Source: Candidatus Saccharimonadota bacterium (GTDB taxonomy: Bacteria > Patescibacteriota > Patescibacteriia > 2-12-FULL-60-25). From it: a DNA stretch of 32,000 bases. The notes under the pieces are model-generated. The model was not told where the DNA came from. It worked only from the letters and a program-made list of their open reading frames with translations, and did not search any database. Location of the stretch: NCBI GenBank assembly GCA_963718585.1, contig OY970357.1, positions 990,001 to 1,022,000 of the forward strand. The letters run 5' to 3'. The position numbers and the translations under genes are program-made. This document shows positions 9,459 to 16,347 of the stretch, piece by piece (positions within the stretch are counted from its first letter, which is position 1; the number at the start of each line of letters is the position of its first letter).

Positions 9459-9494
9459 TTTGAATACAATCAATTAAAGTATTTTTACATCCAA

Positions 9495-9510
9495 TGTTTC
9501 ACGTGAAACA
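9495..9510. promoter_or_regulatory. Palindrome copy 4, candidate operator
   Basis: TGTTTCACGTGAAACA, a perfect 16-bp palindrome. Confidence 0.6.
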
Positions 9511-9530
9511 CTGAGAATTTATATTTTTGA

Positions 9531-9562
9531 TAAAAACAAAAACAACGGATTTCACCGTTGTT
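9531..9562 (-). terminator. Rho-independent terminator after tRNA-Ala
   Basis: Minus strand: AACAACGG, loop TGAAAT, CCGTTGTT, then TTTGTTTTT. Plus-strand stems are 9541-9548 and 9555-9562. Confidence 0.7.
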
Positions 9563-9568
9563 ATTGTT

Positions 9569-9645
9569 TGGTGGACCGAGAGGGATTCGAACCCTCGACC
9601 TCTGCAATGCGAATGCAGCGCTCTAGCCAACTGAGCTACCGGCCC
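9569..9645 (-). tRNA. tRNA-Ala (anticodon CGC), CCA encoded
   Basis: The reverse complement is GGGCCGGTAGCTCAGTTGGCTAGAGCGCTGCATTCGCATTGCAGAGGTCGAGGGTTCGAATCCCTCTCGGTCCACCA. It folds as a cloverleaf with the G3:U70 alanine identity pair, anticodon loop TTCGCAT and T-loop TTCGAAT. Confidence 0.93.
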
Positions 9646-9817
9646 ATGAATTCTTCATCTTTTAAATCTATGTACCTATCTCATTTGAAAGGAGCCGGCG
9701 AAAGTCACGATCCGTATACTTTTGTCAGATATATTTTCAATGAGAGTTATCAAATGCAAAGGTCAATCGTATATTAGTTCAAATGATCATCAAGGCAACA
9801 ATGAAAGAAGAGAGAAA

Positions 9818-9859
9818 CTAGAAGCTAGAAGCTGGAAGCTAGAAGCTAGAAGCTAGAAT
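9818..9859. repeat. Heptanucleotide tandem repeat (CTAGAAG) x6
   Basis: The units are CTAGAAG CTAGAAG CTGGAAG CTAGAAG CTAGAAG CTAGAAT. The array is flanked by direct copies of AAATGATCA at 9781-9789 and 9868-9876. The frame read from the first unit (9818) reaches a TAG stop after 12 codons. Confidence 0.9.
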
Positions 9860-9912
9860 GACGATCTAAATGATCACGACTGCACCATAGAATATTTTCG
9901 AGTCTTCTCATG

Positions 9913-9930
9913 ATGTTTCACGTGAAACAT
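9913..9930. promoter_or_regulatory. Palindrome copy 5, candidate operator
   Basis: ATGTTTCACGTGAAACAT, a perfect 18-bp palindrome lying between tRNA-Arg and tRNA-Ala. Confidence 0.6.
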
Positions 9931-9963
9931 CAAGATGAGATCAGTCGTTGAATGCACCTGGCC

Positions 9964-9988
9964 GAAGATCTACTCTTGTAGGATCTTC
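9964..9988 (-). other. Stable hairpin immediately 3' of tRNA-Arg (processing or termination structure)
   Basis: GAAGATCTAC, loop TCTT, GTAGGATCTTC: 10 bp with one bulged G. No T-run follows on the minus strand. Confidence 0.35.
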
Positions 9989-9992
9989 AGCT

Positions 9993-10066
9993 TGGTGCCT
10001 CCAGGTGGACTCGAACCACCATCTAGGGCTTAGGAGTCCCTCGTTCTTCCTTTGAACTATGGAGAC
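9993..10066 (-). tRNA. tRNA-Arg (anticodon CCU), CCA encoded
   Basis: The reverse complement is GTCTCCATAGTTCAAAGGAAGAACGAGGGACTCCTAAGCCCTAGATGGTGGTTCGAGTCCACCTGGAGGCACCA. The anticodon loop is CTCCTAA. Overall it resembles the E. coli argW-type tRNA as I recall it. Confidence 0.9.
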
Positions 10067-10192
10067 ATGCGTCGTAAAATATTACGACCGTACTTCACCC
10101 TTTCCGTTTCTTCGCTTGTCAAACAGCTATTTAAGGTGCGAGCAGTGTACGAAACTATTTTTCTACCGTCAATCGAGAGAACCCCAATGTGC

Positions 10193-10221
10193 TTGACGAA
10201 ACTCCGTGAAAGACCTATATT
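10193..10221 (+). promoter_or_regulatory. Sigma70-type promoter of rpsT
   Basis: TTGACG (10193-10198), a 17-nt spacer, then TATATT (10216-10221). The ATG is at 10234, so the leader is very short and has no SD. Confidence 0.55.
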
Positions 10222-10233
10222 CTGGCGACAGAT

Positions 10234-10491
10234 ATGCCTAATAAGAAAGCCTCGATCAAGGACCTGCGTCAAAATCACAAACGCGCCACGCATAATGCGC
10301 GGATCAAACGCAATGTGAAATTCTTGACCAAACAGTCCAAGGATCTGATCACAGCTGGAAAGAAAGAAGAGGCGAAGAAATCCGTCATTGCGCTGCAACA
10401 GGCGATGGACAAGGCGGCGAAGGTCGGCGTCATCTCACGAAACCGAGCGCGCCGAAAGAAATCATCCTTCATGTCCTCACTTACGAAGTGA
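10234..10491 (+). CDS. rpsT: 30S ribosomal protein S20
   Basis: 85-aa basic protein MPNKKASIKDLRQNHKRATHNARIKRNVKFLTKQ...VISRNRARRKKS, the typical S20 pattern. Confidence 0.9.
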   Translation: MPNKKASIKDLRQNHKRATHNARIKRNVKFLTKQSKDLITAGKKEEAKKSVIALQQAMDKAAKVGVISRNRARRKKSSFMSSLTK

Positions 10492-10493
10492 TC

Positions 10494-10526
10494 AAAAAAA
10501 CACCCCCGTTCATCGGGGGTGTTTTG
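10494..10526. terminator. Bidirectional rho-independent terminator (rpsT / holA convergent)
   Basis: AAAAAAA, ACACCCCC, 7-nt loop, GGGGGTGT, TTTG. There is an A-run on one side and a T-run on the other. Confidence 0.8.
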
Positions 10527-10532
10527 TATCTC

Positions 10533-11363
10533 TTATTGTAGTTGTGTCACGTTTTCACGCGCACTCCCCAGACTCGTTCGTGAACCGATGAGGGCACGAA
10601 GGATGGAAAGGAACTTCACGCCCGGATCCTTCATTCGCAACCCATGGAGCTTGCGCGCAACGTACGGATTGATCCCATCCGTTTCACCGTCATGCACTTG
10701 TATGGCCTGTCGTGATTGTTTGACGACGATCGGGATCAACTGATCTGCACCTACCGCATCGACCCGCTGGCGCCACGCACGCGTGTTGCCCAAAAATGCG
10801 TCACCCACATCAAAGACCGACGTTTCATCCAACGCATGTTCCGCTATGTGCGCATGGACGAATGCGCCCGACTTTTGTAGTTCTTGTTCCGCGCGCCATG
10901 GATCGCCGATCGTCTGCTCTGCGATCTGACGCGTGCGCGATTCAGCCACTCCCAGCTCTTTTCCGCGCGCCACGCACCATATCGCGTGTGCTAACGCAGA
11001 CCGAAGAGGATAGGAATACACATGAAGATCCGCGTCCTTGAATTCATCCAGGACTTTTTTCGTCGGTGCTTCGTCCTCCACGACCACGAGGATCGTGGAA
11101 CCGCCATCCGCTGCGAGACGTTTTGCCAAAATACGGACCTGCGCGATCGGCGCTTTTGCCAACAACCCATCGCATCGCACATATCGTTTTTGCGCGAAGA
11201 GAGACGGCGTCCCGATCCGGTTCAATATCTCCTTCGGATCCGGAGAGGGGAGCGTCTCCATGCTCAACCCTTGCGGGTCGAACTTTTTCCGGAACGCGTC
11301 AGCAAGCTCCCGTGCTTTTTGCCGGGCTTGTAGGGTATCCGGACCCGCGCACACGATGATCAT
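10533..11363 (-). CDS. holA: DNA polymerase III delta subunit-like protein (short HolA)
   Basis: 276 aa. MIIVCAGPDTLQARQKARELADAF, SLFAQKRYVRCDGLL, ILVVVEDEAPTKKVLDEFK, and a C-terminal helical part with GDPWRAEQELQKS. This matches the HolA layout by pattern only. Confidence 0.55.
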   Translation of the reverse strand: MIIVCAGPDTLQARQKARELADAFRKKFDPQGLSMETLPSPDPKEILNRIGTPSLFAQKRYVRCDGLLAKAPIAQVRILAKRLAADGGSTILVVVEDEAPTKKVLDEFKDADLHVYSYPLRSALAHAIWCVARGKELGVAESRTRQIAEQTIGDPWRAEQELQKSGAFVHAHIAEHALDETSVFDVGDAFLGNTRAWRQRVDAVGADQLIPIVVKQSRQAIQVHDGETDGINPYVARKLHGLRMKDPGVKFLSILRALIGSRTSLGSARENVTQLQ

Positions 11364-11388
11364 GTCCCAAGCCTAGCGCGCGTGCAGG

Positions 11389-11418
11389 AAAAACAAAACG
11401 CCGCCTCAGGGGGCGGCG
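11389..11418 (-). terminator. Rho-independent terminator after polA
   Basis: Minus strand: CGCCGCC, loop CCCTGA, GGCGGCG, then TTTTGTTTTT. Confidence 0.75.
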
Positions 11419-11429
11419 CGATGACGAGC

Positions 11430-14096
11430 TTACACGAGCTTTGTCATCTCTTCCCAATTCTTTCCCGCTTTGGCATCGACGACCAACGGACACCCAATAT
11501 CTTCGACGTGTTCCATGATATCTTTCACGGCCTTGGCGACCTTCGCAACGTCCTTTTCCGGCACCTCGAGCACGACCTCATCATGGACCTGCAATAACAG
11601 TCGCGCCTCTTTGCAGATCTTCGGCAGTTCGCGGTCGATCACGATGAGTGCGAGCTTCGGGAGATCACCGGTCGCCGTGCCTTGGACCGGCATGTTGATG
11701 GCCATCCGTTCCGCCGCAGCGCGAAACTGCGGCAGGGGAGAGTTGATATCCGGGATCGGCCGACGCCGGCCGAAAAGCGTCTCCACATAACCCTGAGCAT
11801 GCGCCAACGCCTTGGTCTGATCCAGATATTCCCGGATCCCGGAATAGACATGGAAATACTCATCGATGAACTGGCGTGCTTCGGCGTACGGGATCCCGGC
11901 GGCTTTTGAAAGTCCCTGTGGCCCCTGACCGTAGATGATGCCGAAATTGATCGCCTTCGCTGCTCGACGCTGATCCTTCGTCACCTCGTCAAGAGGGATG
12001 TGCCAGATCGCGGCGGCCGTTGCCGTATGAATGTCCAGCCCCTTGCGAAACGCGTCGAGCATCTTCTCGTCTTTAGCGAGAGCGGCAACGACACGAAGCT
12101 CAACTTGGGAATAGTCACAGGAGAGCAGCTCATATCCCTTGGGGGCGACGAATCCATGACGGATCCGGCGCCCGAGCTCGGTCCGGATCGGGATATTCTG
12201 CAGATTGGGATCAGAAGAAGAGAGACGTCCCGTTGCAGCGACCACTTGATTGAACGTGGTGTGGACACGCCCCTCTGGATCGGCGAGTTCTGGCAGCGTC
12301 TCCACGTAGGTGGACAGCAACTTCGCGATCTCACGGTAGGCGGTGATCTTCTCGATGATCGGATGCGCGCCATCAAGCTTCTCCAGCTCAGAGGCCGCCG
12401 TGGAGATCCCCGTCTTCCCGCGCTTGAGCCCTTTGGTCGGAAGATCGAGTACGTCGAACAGGATGTGCGACAATTGGATCGGTGAACCGGGATTGAACGA
12501 TTCACCCGCCAGCTTCACCATTTCCTTTTCTAATTTCGCGCGCACGCGGCGAAATTCCACAGCCAGTGTCTTGAAATACGCACGATCGATCAGGATCCCA
12601 TATGCTTCCATCTTTCCGAGTACCGGAATGAGCGGACGCTCGAACCGTTCCCACACGGATGTCAGGCGTTGCGCTTCCAATTCCTCACCCAGCATCTTTG
12701 CGAGGCGGCGGATCGCATCCACCTCGGCGATCGGATCATCGCTCAACGTGACGCCTAACTCCGCGGCGGCGAGAGAGGGGAGTCCGTGCCCGCCTTCACC
12801 GGCCGCGAGAAGATACGATGCGATCTCTGTATCGAATGCAATACCCTCCAGATCCATCCCATGATCGCGGCACCAATGCCACGCGTGCTTGAGTCCGTGG
12901 CCGATCTTACCCACCTTTGGGTCTTGTAGACATGCAGCTAAGGCTCGGGACGTAGGTGCATCCTTCAAGACGCTCGGCGGGATCAAGATCGTTTCCGCCT
13001 CACTCCCAAGAGCCAACACCGGCGCTTCTGCAAAGAGCGACTCCTGCGCGACCTCCAACGGATGGACGATCAAACTCGATATGCCTTTCAAGAACGCATT
13101 CAGATCCTGCTGTGTGGAGATCGACTTTCCACTCACGGCAGGCAATCCCGTTCGGGACTTTTTTTGAGGCGTCACCGGGGGAGGGGAGGAGGGGCGCGTT
13201 GCAGCAGGCTTTTTCGGTGCCGACTTCCCGATCCGGGATAGAAGCGAAGCGAATCCATATCGAAGAAAGAGCGTGCGGATCCGATCCTCATCTGCCGGAC
13301 GGCGTTTCAGATCCTCGTCTTTGATCTTGAGCGGAACATTCGTCACGAGCGTTACGAGCGACAACGTCTCTTCCGCGGCCTTCGTCCCGTCGATCAACCT
13401 CTTTCGGACCGCGGGCGACATGTCACTCTTCGGATCCTTAGCCGCCTTGAGAACACCTTTCAGATCCACGAATTTCATGAGCAATTCCGTCGCGGTCTTA
13501 TCGCCGATCCCTGGCACCCCCTTCAGATTATCCGATGCGTCGCCGCGCATGGCCTTATAGTCCGCGATCTGTGCCGGCGTCAGGCCCATCTGTTCTTTTA
13601 AGGCCTTTTCATCGATGATCGCGGTTTCACTCACCCCTTTTTTGAATGACATGACGCGTACATGGGGTCCGATGACCTGCCATACATCCCGATCACTCGT
13701 CAAAAGCGTGACAGCGACCCCTTCCTTAGACAGCCGCGTCGCGAAGGTCGCGAGCAGATCGTCCGCCTCATAGCCATCCTTTTCGACATTCGTGATCCCG
13801 AATGCATCCACGATCTCCTTCACGATGTCGAACTGTTCATAAAATTCATCAGGCTGCTCTTCGCGTTGGGCTTTGTATGCGGGCTCAGCTTCGTGCCTAT
13901 ACGTCGGAGCCGGTGTATCCCAACAGACCGCGATATACTCCGGATGCTCAGCTTGCAGGATCTTGATGAGTACGGACGCGAACCCGTAAGCCGCATTCAC
14001 GACCTTTCCATCAGGCGAGGTCAATGGAGGTAACGCGTGCCACGCCCGATGGATGAGCGCGTTAGCATCGATAAGCAAAGCGTTTGGCGTCGGCAT
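11430..14096 (-). CDS. polA: DNA polymerase I (5'-3' exonuclease, degenerate 3'-5' exo-like domain, and polymerase domain)
   Basis: The start is chosen at ATG 14096 (MPTPNALLIDANALIHRAWHAL). The longer ORF to 14351 overlaps the upstream gene and its terminator. Pol motifs: A is DYSQVELRV, B is RRAAKAINFGIIYG, C is QVHDEVV. The positions expected for exo motifs read LIVHPLEV and GHGLKHA rather than DxE and NLKYD, so proofreading is probably inactive. Confidence 0.93.
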   Translation of the reverse strand: MPTPNALLIDANALIHRAWHALPPLTSPDGKVVNAAYGFASVLIKILQAEHPEYIAVCWDTPAPTYRHEAEPAYKAQREEQPDEFYEQFDIVKEIVDAFGITNVEKDGYEADDLLATFATRLSKEGVAVTLLTSDRDVWQVIGPHVRVMSFKKGVSETAIIDEKALKEQMGLTPAQIADYKAMRGDASDNLKGVPGIGDKTATELLMKFVDLKGVLKAAKDPKSDMSPAVRKRLIDGTKAAEETLSLVTLVTNVPLKIKDEDLKRRPADEDRIRTLFLRYGFASLLSRIGKSAPKKPAATRPSSPPPVTPQKKSRTGLPAVSGKSISTQQDLNAFLKGISSLIVHPLEVAQESLFAEAPVLALGSEAETILIPPSVLKDAPTSRALAACLQDPKVGKIGHGLKHAWHWCRDHGMDLEGIAFDTEIASYLLAAGEGGHGLPSLAAAELGVTLSDDPIAEVDAIRRLAKMLGEELEAQRLTSVWERFERPLIPVLGKMEAYGILIDRAYFKTLAVEFRRVRAKLEKEMVKLAGESFNPGSPIQLSHILFDVLDLPTKGLKRGKTGISTAASELEKLDGAHPIIEKITAYREIAKLLSTYVETLPELADPEGRVHTTFNQVVAATGRLSSSDPNLQNIPIRTELGRRIRHGFVAPKGYELLSCDYSQVELRVVAALAKDEKMLDAFRKGLDIHTATAAAIWHIPLDEVTKDQRRAAKAINFGIIYGQGPQGLSKAAGIPYAEARQFIDEYFHVYSGIREYLDQTKALAHAQGYVETLFGRRRPIPDINSPLPQFRAAAERMAINMPVQGTATGDLPKLALIVIDRELPKICKEARLLLQVHDEVVLEVPEKDVAKVAKAVKDIMEHVEDIGCPLVVDAKAGKNWEEMTKLV

Positions 14097-14128
14097 GGCG
14101 ACACAGTACCGCACCCATTGAAATAATG

Positions 14129-14160
14129 AAAAGACCCCGCCGTTCGCGAACAGCGGGGTC
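14129..14160 (-). terminator. Rho-independent terminator after the 309-aa orphan gene
   Basis: Minus strand: GACCCCGC, 12-nt loop, GCGGGGTC, then TTTTC. Confidence 0.65.
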
Positions 14161-14166
14161 AGACGA

Positions 14167-15096
14167 TCAGATGACGAACCGAGCGAACGGATCCGTGGCG
14201 CGATCGGCCTTGGTGTACCGATGCAACCGGATCTCCGTCTCCTCCTTGGGACCGTTCTCCACGAACACGAGCATGCCCTTGGTGGCCGCAGGAGCGCAAA
14301 GCACCGTGCCCACGGTCTTGATCTCGTCGCTCCAGTCCACGCGTGGCTCACCTCCTCCGACCTGGGAGATCGTGAGGATCCGAGCGTTGGCGCCGGCCAG
14401 ATTGACGATGAAGGAGAGACCGTCCGCGGTCAGGAACGGGTTCGAGAACGACATGATACCCGGGTCGCGGAACGTCGCGACCGGCTTCCACTCTCCCTGG
14501 TCGAACAAGGCCTCGGGATACTCTTCCGCCCGCGCGAGCTCCATGCAGACGACCTGCTTGCCGATCCGCTTCTCGTTGAGTCGGATCCCGTAGATCCGCT
14601 TCTCGTTCGGGACGTAGCGGATGCTCGTGATCCCGGGGATCGGGTCGGTCCGATGGTCTGTCCGCACGTACTGCTCACGCGCCCGATGCGGCGACGCAGC
14701 GGCGAGATAGAGCGGGACGCCTTCCGTACCCGTCCGATCCCGAACGCTGTCGAGCGTATCGAGCACCTGCCACAGGTTCCGACGATGCGCCACGATCTTC
14801 GTCGTGTTCGCTTCGAAGAAAAGCAGACGCCCCGCCGGGATCACCGAGGTGATCATCGGCGACTCCGCGGCCTCGAGCCAGACCGACTCCGCGGCCTCGA
14901 GCGAGCGAAGGTAGGTGATCGTCCCCCTGTTCTTGCGATGGTCGACCATGACACTGACGAACCGATCAGCCGTGATGGCGTGATCCTTGATCGCGAGACC
15001 GAGCGTCCCTATCGGGGACTTGGTCGTACGAAGGATCGCGTTCGCGACGGTACGGTCGATGGCATTGGGATCGTTCGAAACGGCATGTACCTGCAT
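14167..15096 (-). CDS. Hypothetical protein (orphan; no signal peptide and no motif I recognise)
   Basis: 309-aa ORF with protein-like composition and its own terminator. The overlapping plus-strand 416-aa ORF is Arg-rich wrong-frame sequence. It contains two in-frame direct DNA repeats (14860-14878/14884-14902 and 14563-14577/14593-14607). Confidence 0.6.
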   Translation of the reverse strand: MQVHAVSNDPNAIDRTVANAILRTTKSPIGTLGLAIKDHAITADRFVSVMVDHRKNRGTITYLRSLEAAESVWLEAAESPMITSVIPAGRLLFFEANTTKIVAHRRNLWQVLDTLDSVRDRTGTEGVPLYLAAASPHRAREQYVRTDHRTDPIPGITSIRYVPNEKRIYGIRLNEKRIGKQVVCMELARAEEYPEALFDQGEWKPVATFRDPGIMSFSNPFLTADGLSFIVNLAGANARILTISQVGGGEPRVDWSDEIKTVGTVLCAPAATKGMLVFVENGPKEETEIRLHRYTKADRATDPFARFVI

Positions 15097-15218
15097 GTTC
15101 TATCCTCATTTCTTCCGTTGGAAACCCAGATAAGAGGTGGTCCGTCATCTCAGATTGAAGAAAGGGCGGGCCGCCTAAGCGGTCAGGGCCTCAATGCTAC
15201 GCATAAACCGCCTGAACG

Positions 15219-15962
15219 TCAAGATGGACGGATCGCGGAGATATGCTTGACGATGGCGACGTCCAAACCCAAACGCGCCGCTTTTCGGGCTTCGCCCGCC
15301 GTGGAGCGCATGTCCCACGCACCCACATGGACCCCCATGCGGCGAAGGCGTGTGACGCGTCGGGCATTCAGGACCGTGACCGGAAAGGCGACGCCCCATG
15401 GTCGAAGACGACGGACACGCGCCCGTAGCGTACGGCCACGGAACGGAAGCGGCCATCGCTGGATCAGGTAGATCGTTCTGATCTCCGGACATTCTCGATG
15501 GATGAGCTCAAGAGTCGAACGGGAGAAAGAGGAGACGATGGCTCGTTCACGGAGTGAGGCGCTTGTCTTGAGCTTGATCGCCAATGCAAGCGCCGCTTCT
15601 CGATGTTTGATCTCAAAGTCAATGACCGCTGGTGCATGTATCGCTGCCGTGACCTCATTGACGGTCGGGATATGCCCTCCGTACCTTAATGGGATCTGTC
15701 GAAGTTCATCCGCGGTCAGCTCGATTACTTTATGCGCATCACCCGCGACCCGGTGAAGATTGGCATCATGGATCACGACCAGCTCCTTATCCTTCGAAAG
15801 ACGGACATCGAGCTCCAATCCATCCGCGCCCTGGGAGATCGCTTCCACAAAAGCAGGAAGGGTGTTTTCCCCATGCGTACGACTGGTGAACCCACGGTGT
15901 GCCAAGACGATCATGTGGGCCGAATCATAGCGCGCGGAGCTCTTTCCGGCCATGGAAGACAT
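15219..15962 (-). CDS. Glycerophosphodiester phosphodiesterase family protein
   Basis: MIVLAHRGFTSRTHGENTLPAFVEAISQGADGLELDVRLSKDKELVVIHDANL contains the GDPD HRG...ENT...E.D...HD signature. The start could be 15962 or the ATG at 15914. Confidence 0.85.
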   Translation of the reverse strand: MSSMAGKSSARYDSAHMIVLAHRGFTSRTHGENTLPAFVEAISQGADGLELDVRLSKDKELVVIHDANLHRVAGDAHKVIELTADELRQIPLRYGGHIPTVNEVTAAIHAPAVIDFEIKHREAALALAIKLKTSASLRERAIVSSFSRSTLELIHRECPEIRTIYLIQRWPLPFRGRTLRARVRRLRPWGVAFPVTVLNARRVTRLRRMGVHVGAWDMRSTAGEARKAARLGLDVAIVKHISAIRPS

Positions 15963-16013
15963 CTCGACATCCCGTCAGCGATTTGATACATTCCACCCGC
16001 TCAATACGGCCCC

Positions 16014-16088
16014 GGCGTGATAGCCAAGTGGTAAGGCACGGGTCTGCAAAACCTGTATTCGCGGGTTCGATTCCCGCTCACGCCTCCA
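16014..16088 (+). tRNA. tRNA-Cys (anticodon GCA), CCA encoded
   Basis: GGCGTGATAGCCAAGTGGTAAGGCACGGGTCTGCAAAACCTGTATTCGCGGGTTCGATTCCCGCTCACGCCTCCA. The anticodon loop is CTGCAAA, and the U73 discriminator is typical of tRNA-Cys. Confidence 0.93.
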
Positions 16089-16137
16089 ACGAAAATGCCC
16101 GCTCCATGCGGGTGTTTTCGTAAGCGGGGATCGAACA
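16069..16137 (+). repeat. Direct repeat copy 1: last 20 nt of tRNA-Cys, its terminator, and 17 more nt
   Basis: 69 bp identical to 16231-16299: GATTCCCGCTCACGCCTCCAACGAAAATGCCCGCTCCATGCGGGTGTTTTCGTAAGCGGGGATCGAACA. Confidence 0.95.
16097..16118 (+). terminator. Rho-independent terminator after tRNA-Cys
   Basis: CCCGC, loop TCCAT, GCGGG, then TGTTTT. Confidence 0.65.
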
Positions 16138-16230
16138 AGGGAAGGATGAAACCGTCAGGTTTCATATTCGGAGGAGGGTATGCGGGAACCCGAAGGTTCC
16201 TGCAAGAGTCCGTAACAGCGGACGACGTGA

Positions 16231-16299
16231 GATTCCCGCTCACGCCTCCAACGAAAATGCCCGCTCCATGCGGGTGTTTTCGTAAGCGGGGATCGAACA
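16231..16299 (+). repeat. Direct repeat copy 2: orphan tRNA-Cys 3' fragment plus a terminator copy
   Basis: A perfect 69-bp copy offset by 162 bp from copy 1. It lacks the 5' two-thirds of the tRNA. Confidence 0.95.
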
Positions 16300-16312
16300 G
16301 GAACAGGTAGCT

Positions 16313-16342
16313 AAACAAAAGACCCGCCGAAGCGGGTCTTTG
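16313..16342. terminator. Bidirectional terminator (3' of the 3D-domain gene)
   Basis: AAACAAAA, GACCCGC, loop CGAA, GCGGGTC, TTTG. Confidence 0.75.
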
Positions 16343-16347
16343 TGGTC

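Noticed and set aside
9237-9510. Repeated 16-18 bp units with intervening unique sequence could be a small CRISPR array.
   Set aside because: The repeats are too short, fully palindromic and AT-rich. The spacers are irregular (85, 88 and 37 bp). No cas genes or leader are nearby. A fifth copy sits 400 bp away between tRNA genes.
9568-10318. ORFs 9568-9777 (+) and 10052-10318 (+), and 10057-10398 (-).
   Set aside because: The first two start inside tRNA-Ala and tRNA-Arg respectively. The third is antisense to rpsT. None has protein-like composition.
14097-14351. An N-terminal extension of polA (ORF track start 14351, 973 aa).
   Set aside because: The extension is Arg/Cys/Pro-rich junk. It overlaps the 3' end and terminator of the upstream gene. 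The canonical 5'-nuclease N-terminus begins at the ATG at 14096.
14221-15471. A 416-aa plus-strand ORF is the longest ORF in this region.
   Set aside because: The sequence is extremely Arg/Pro/Gly-rich and low in complexity, typical of the antisense frame of GC-rich genes. It overlaps two better minus-strand genes (the 309-aa orphan and the GDPD gene).
16138-16230. An integrated mobile element or prophage next to tRNA-Cys.
   Set aside because: The sequence between the att-like repeats is only 93 bp. No integrase, transposase or phage gene occurs anywhere in the window. The locus is reported only as a scar or duplication.
16001-16318. A 105-aa minus-strand ORF and a 71-aa plus-strand ORF contain internally repeated peptides (FDPRLRKHPHGAGIFVGGVSGN x2, MPAPCGCFRKRGSN x2).
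   Set aside because: Both are read-through artefacts of the 69-bp direct repeat and overlap tRNA-Cys and its terminator.
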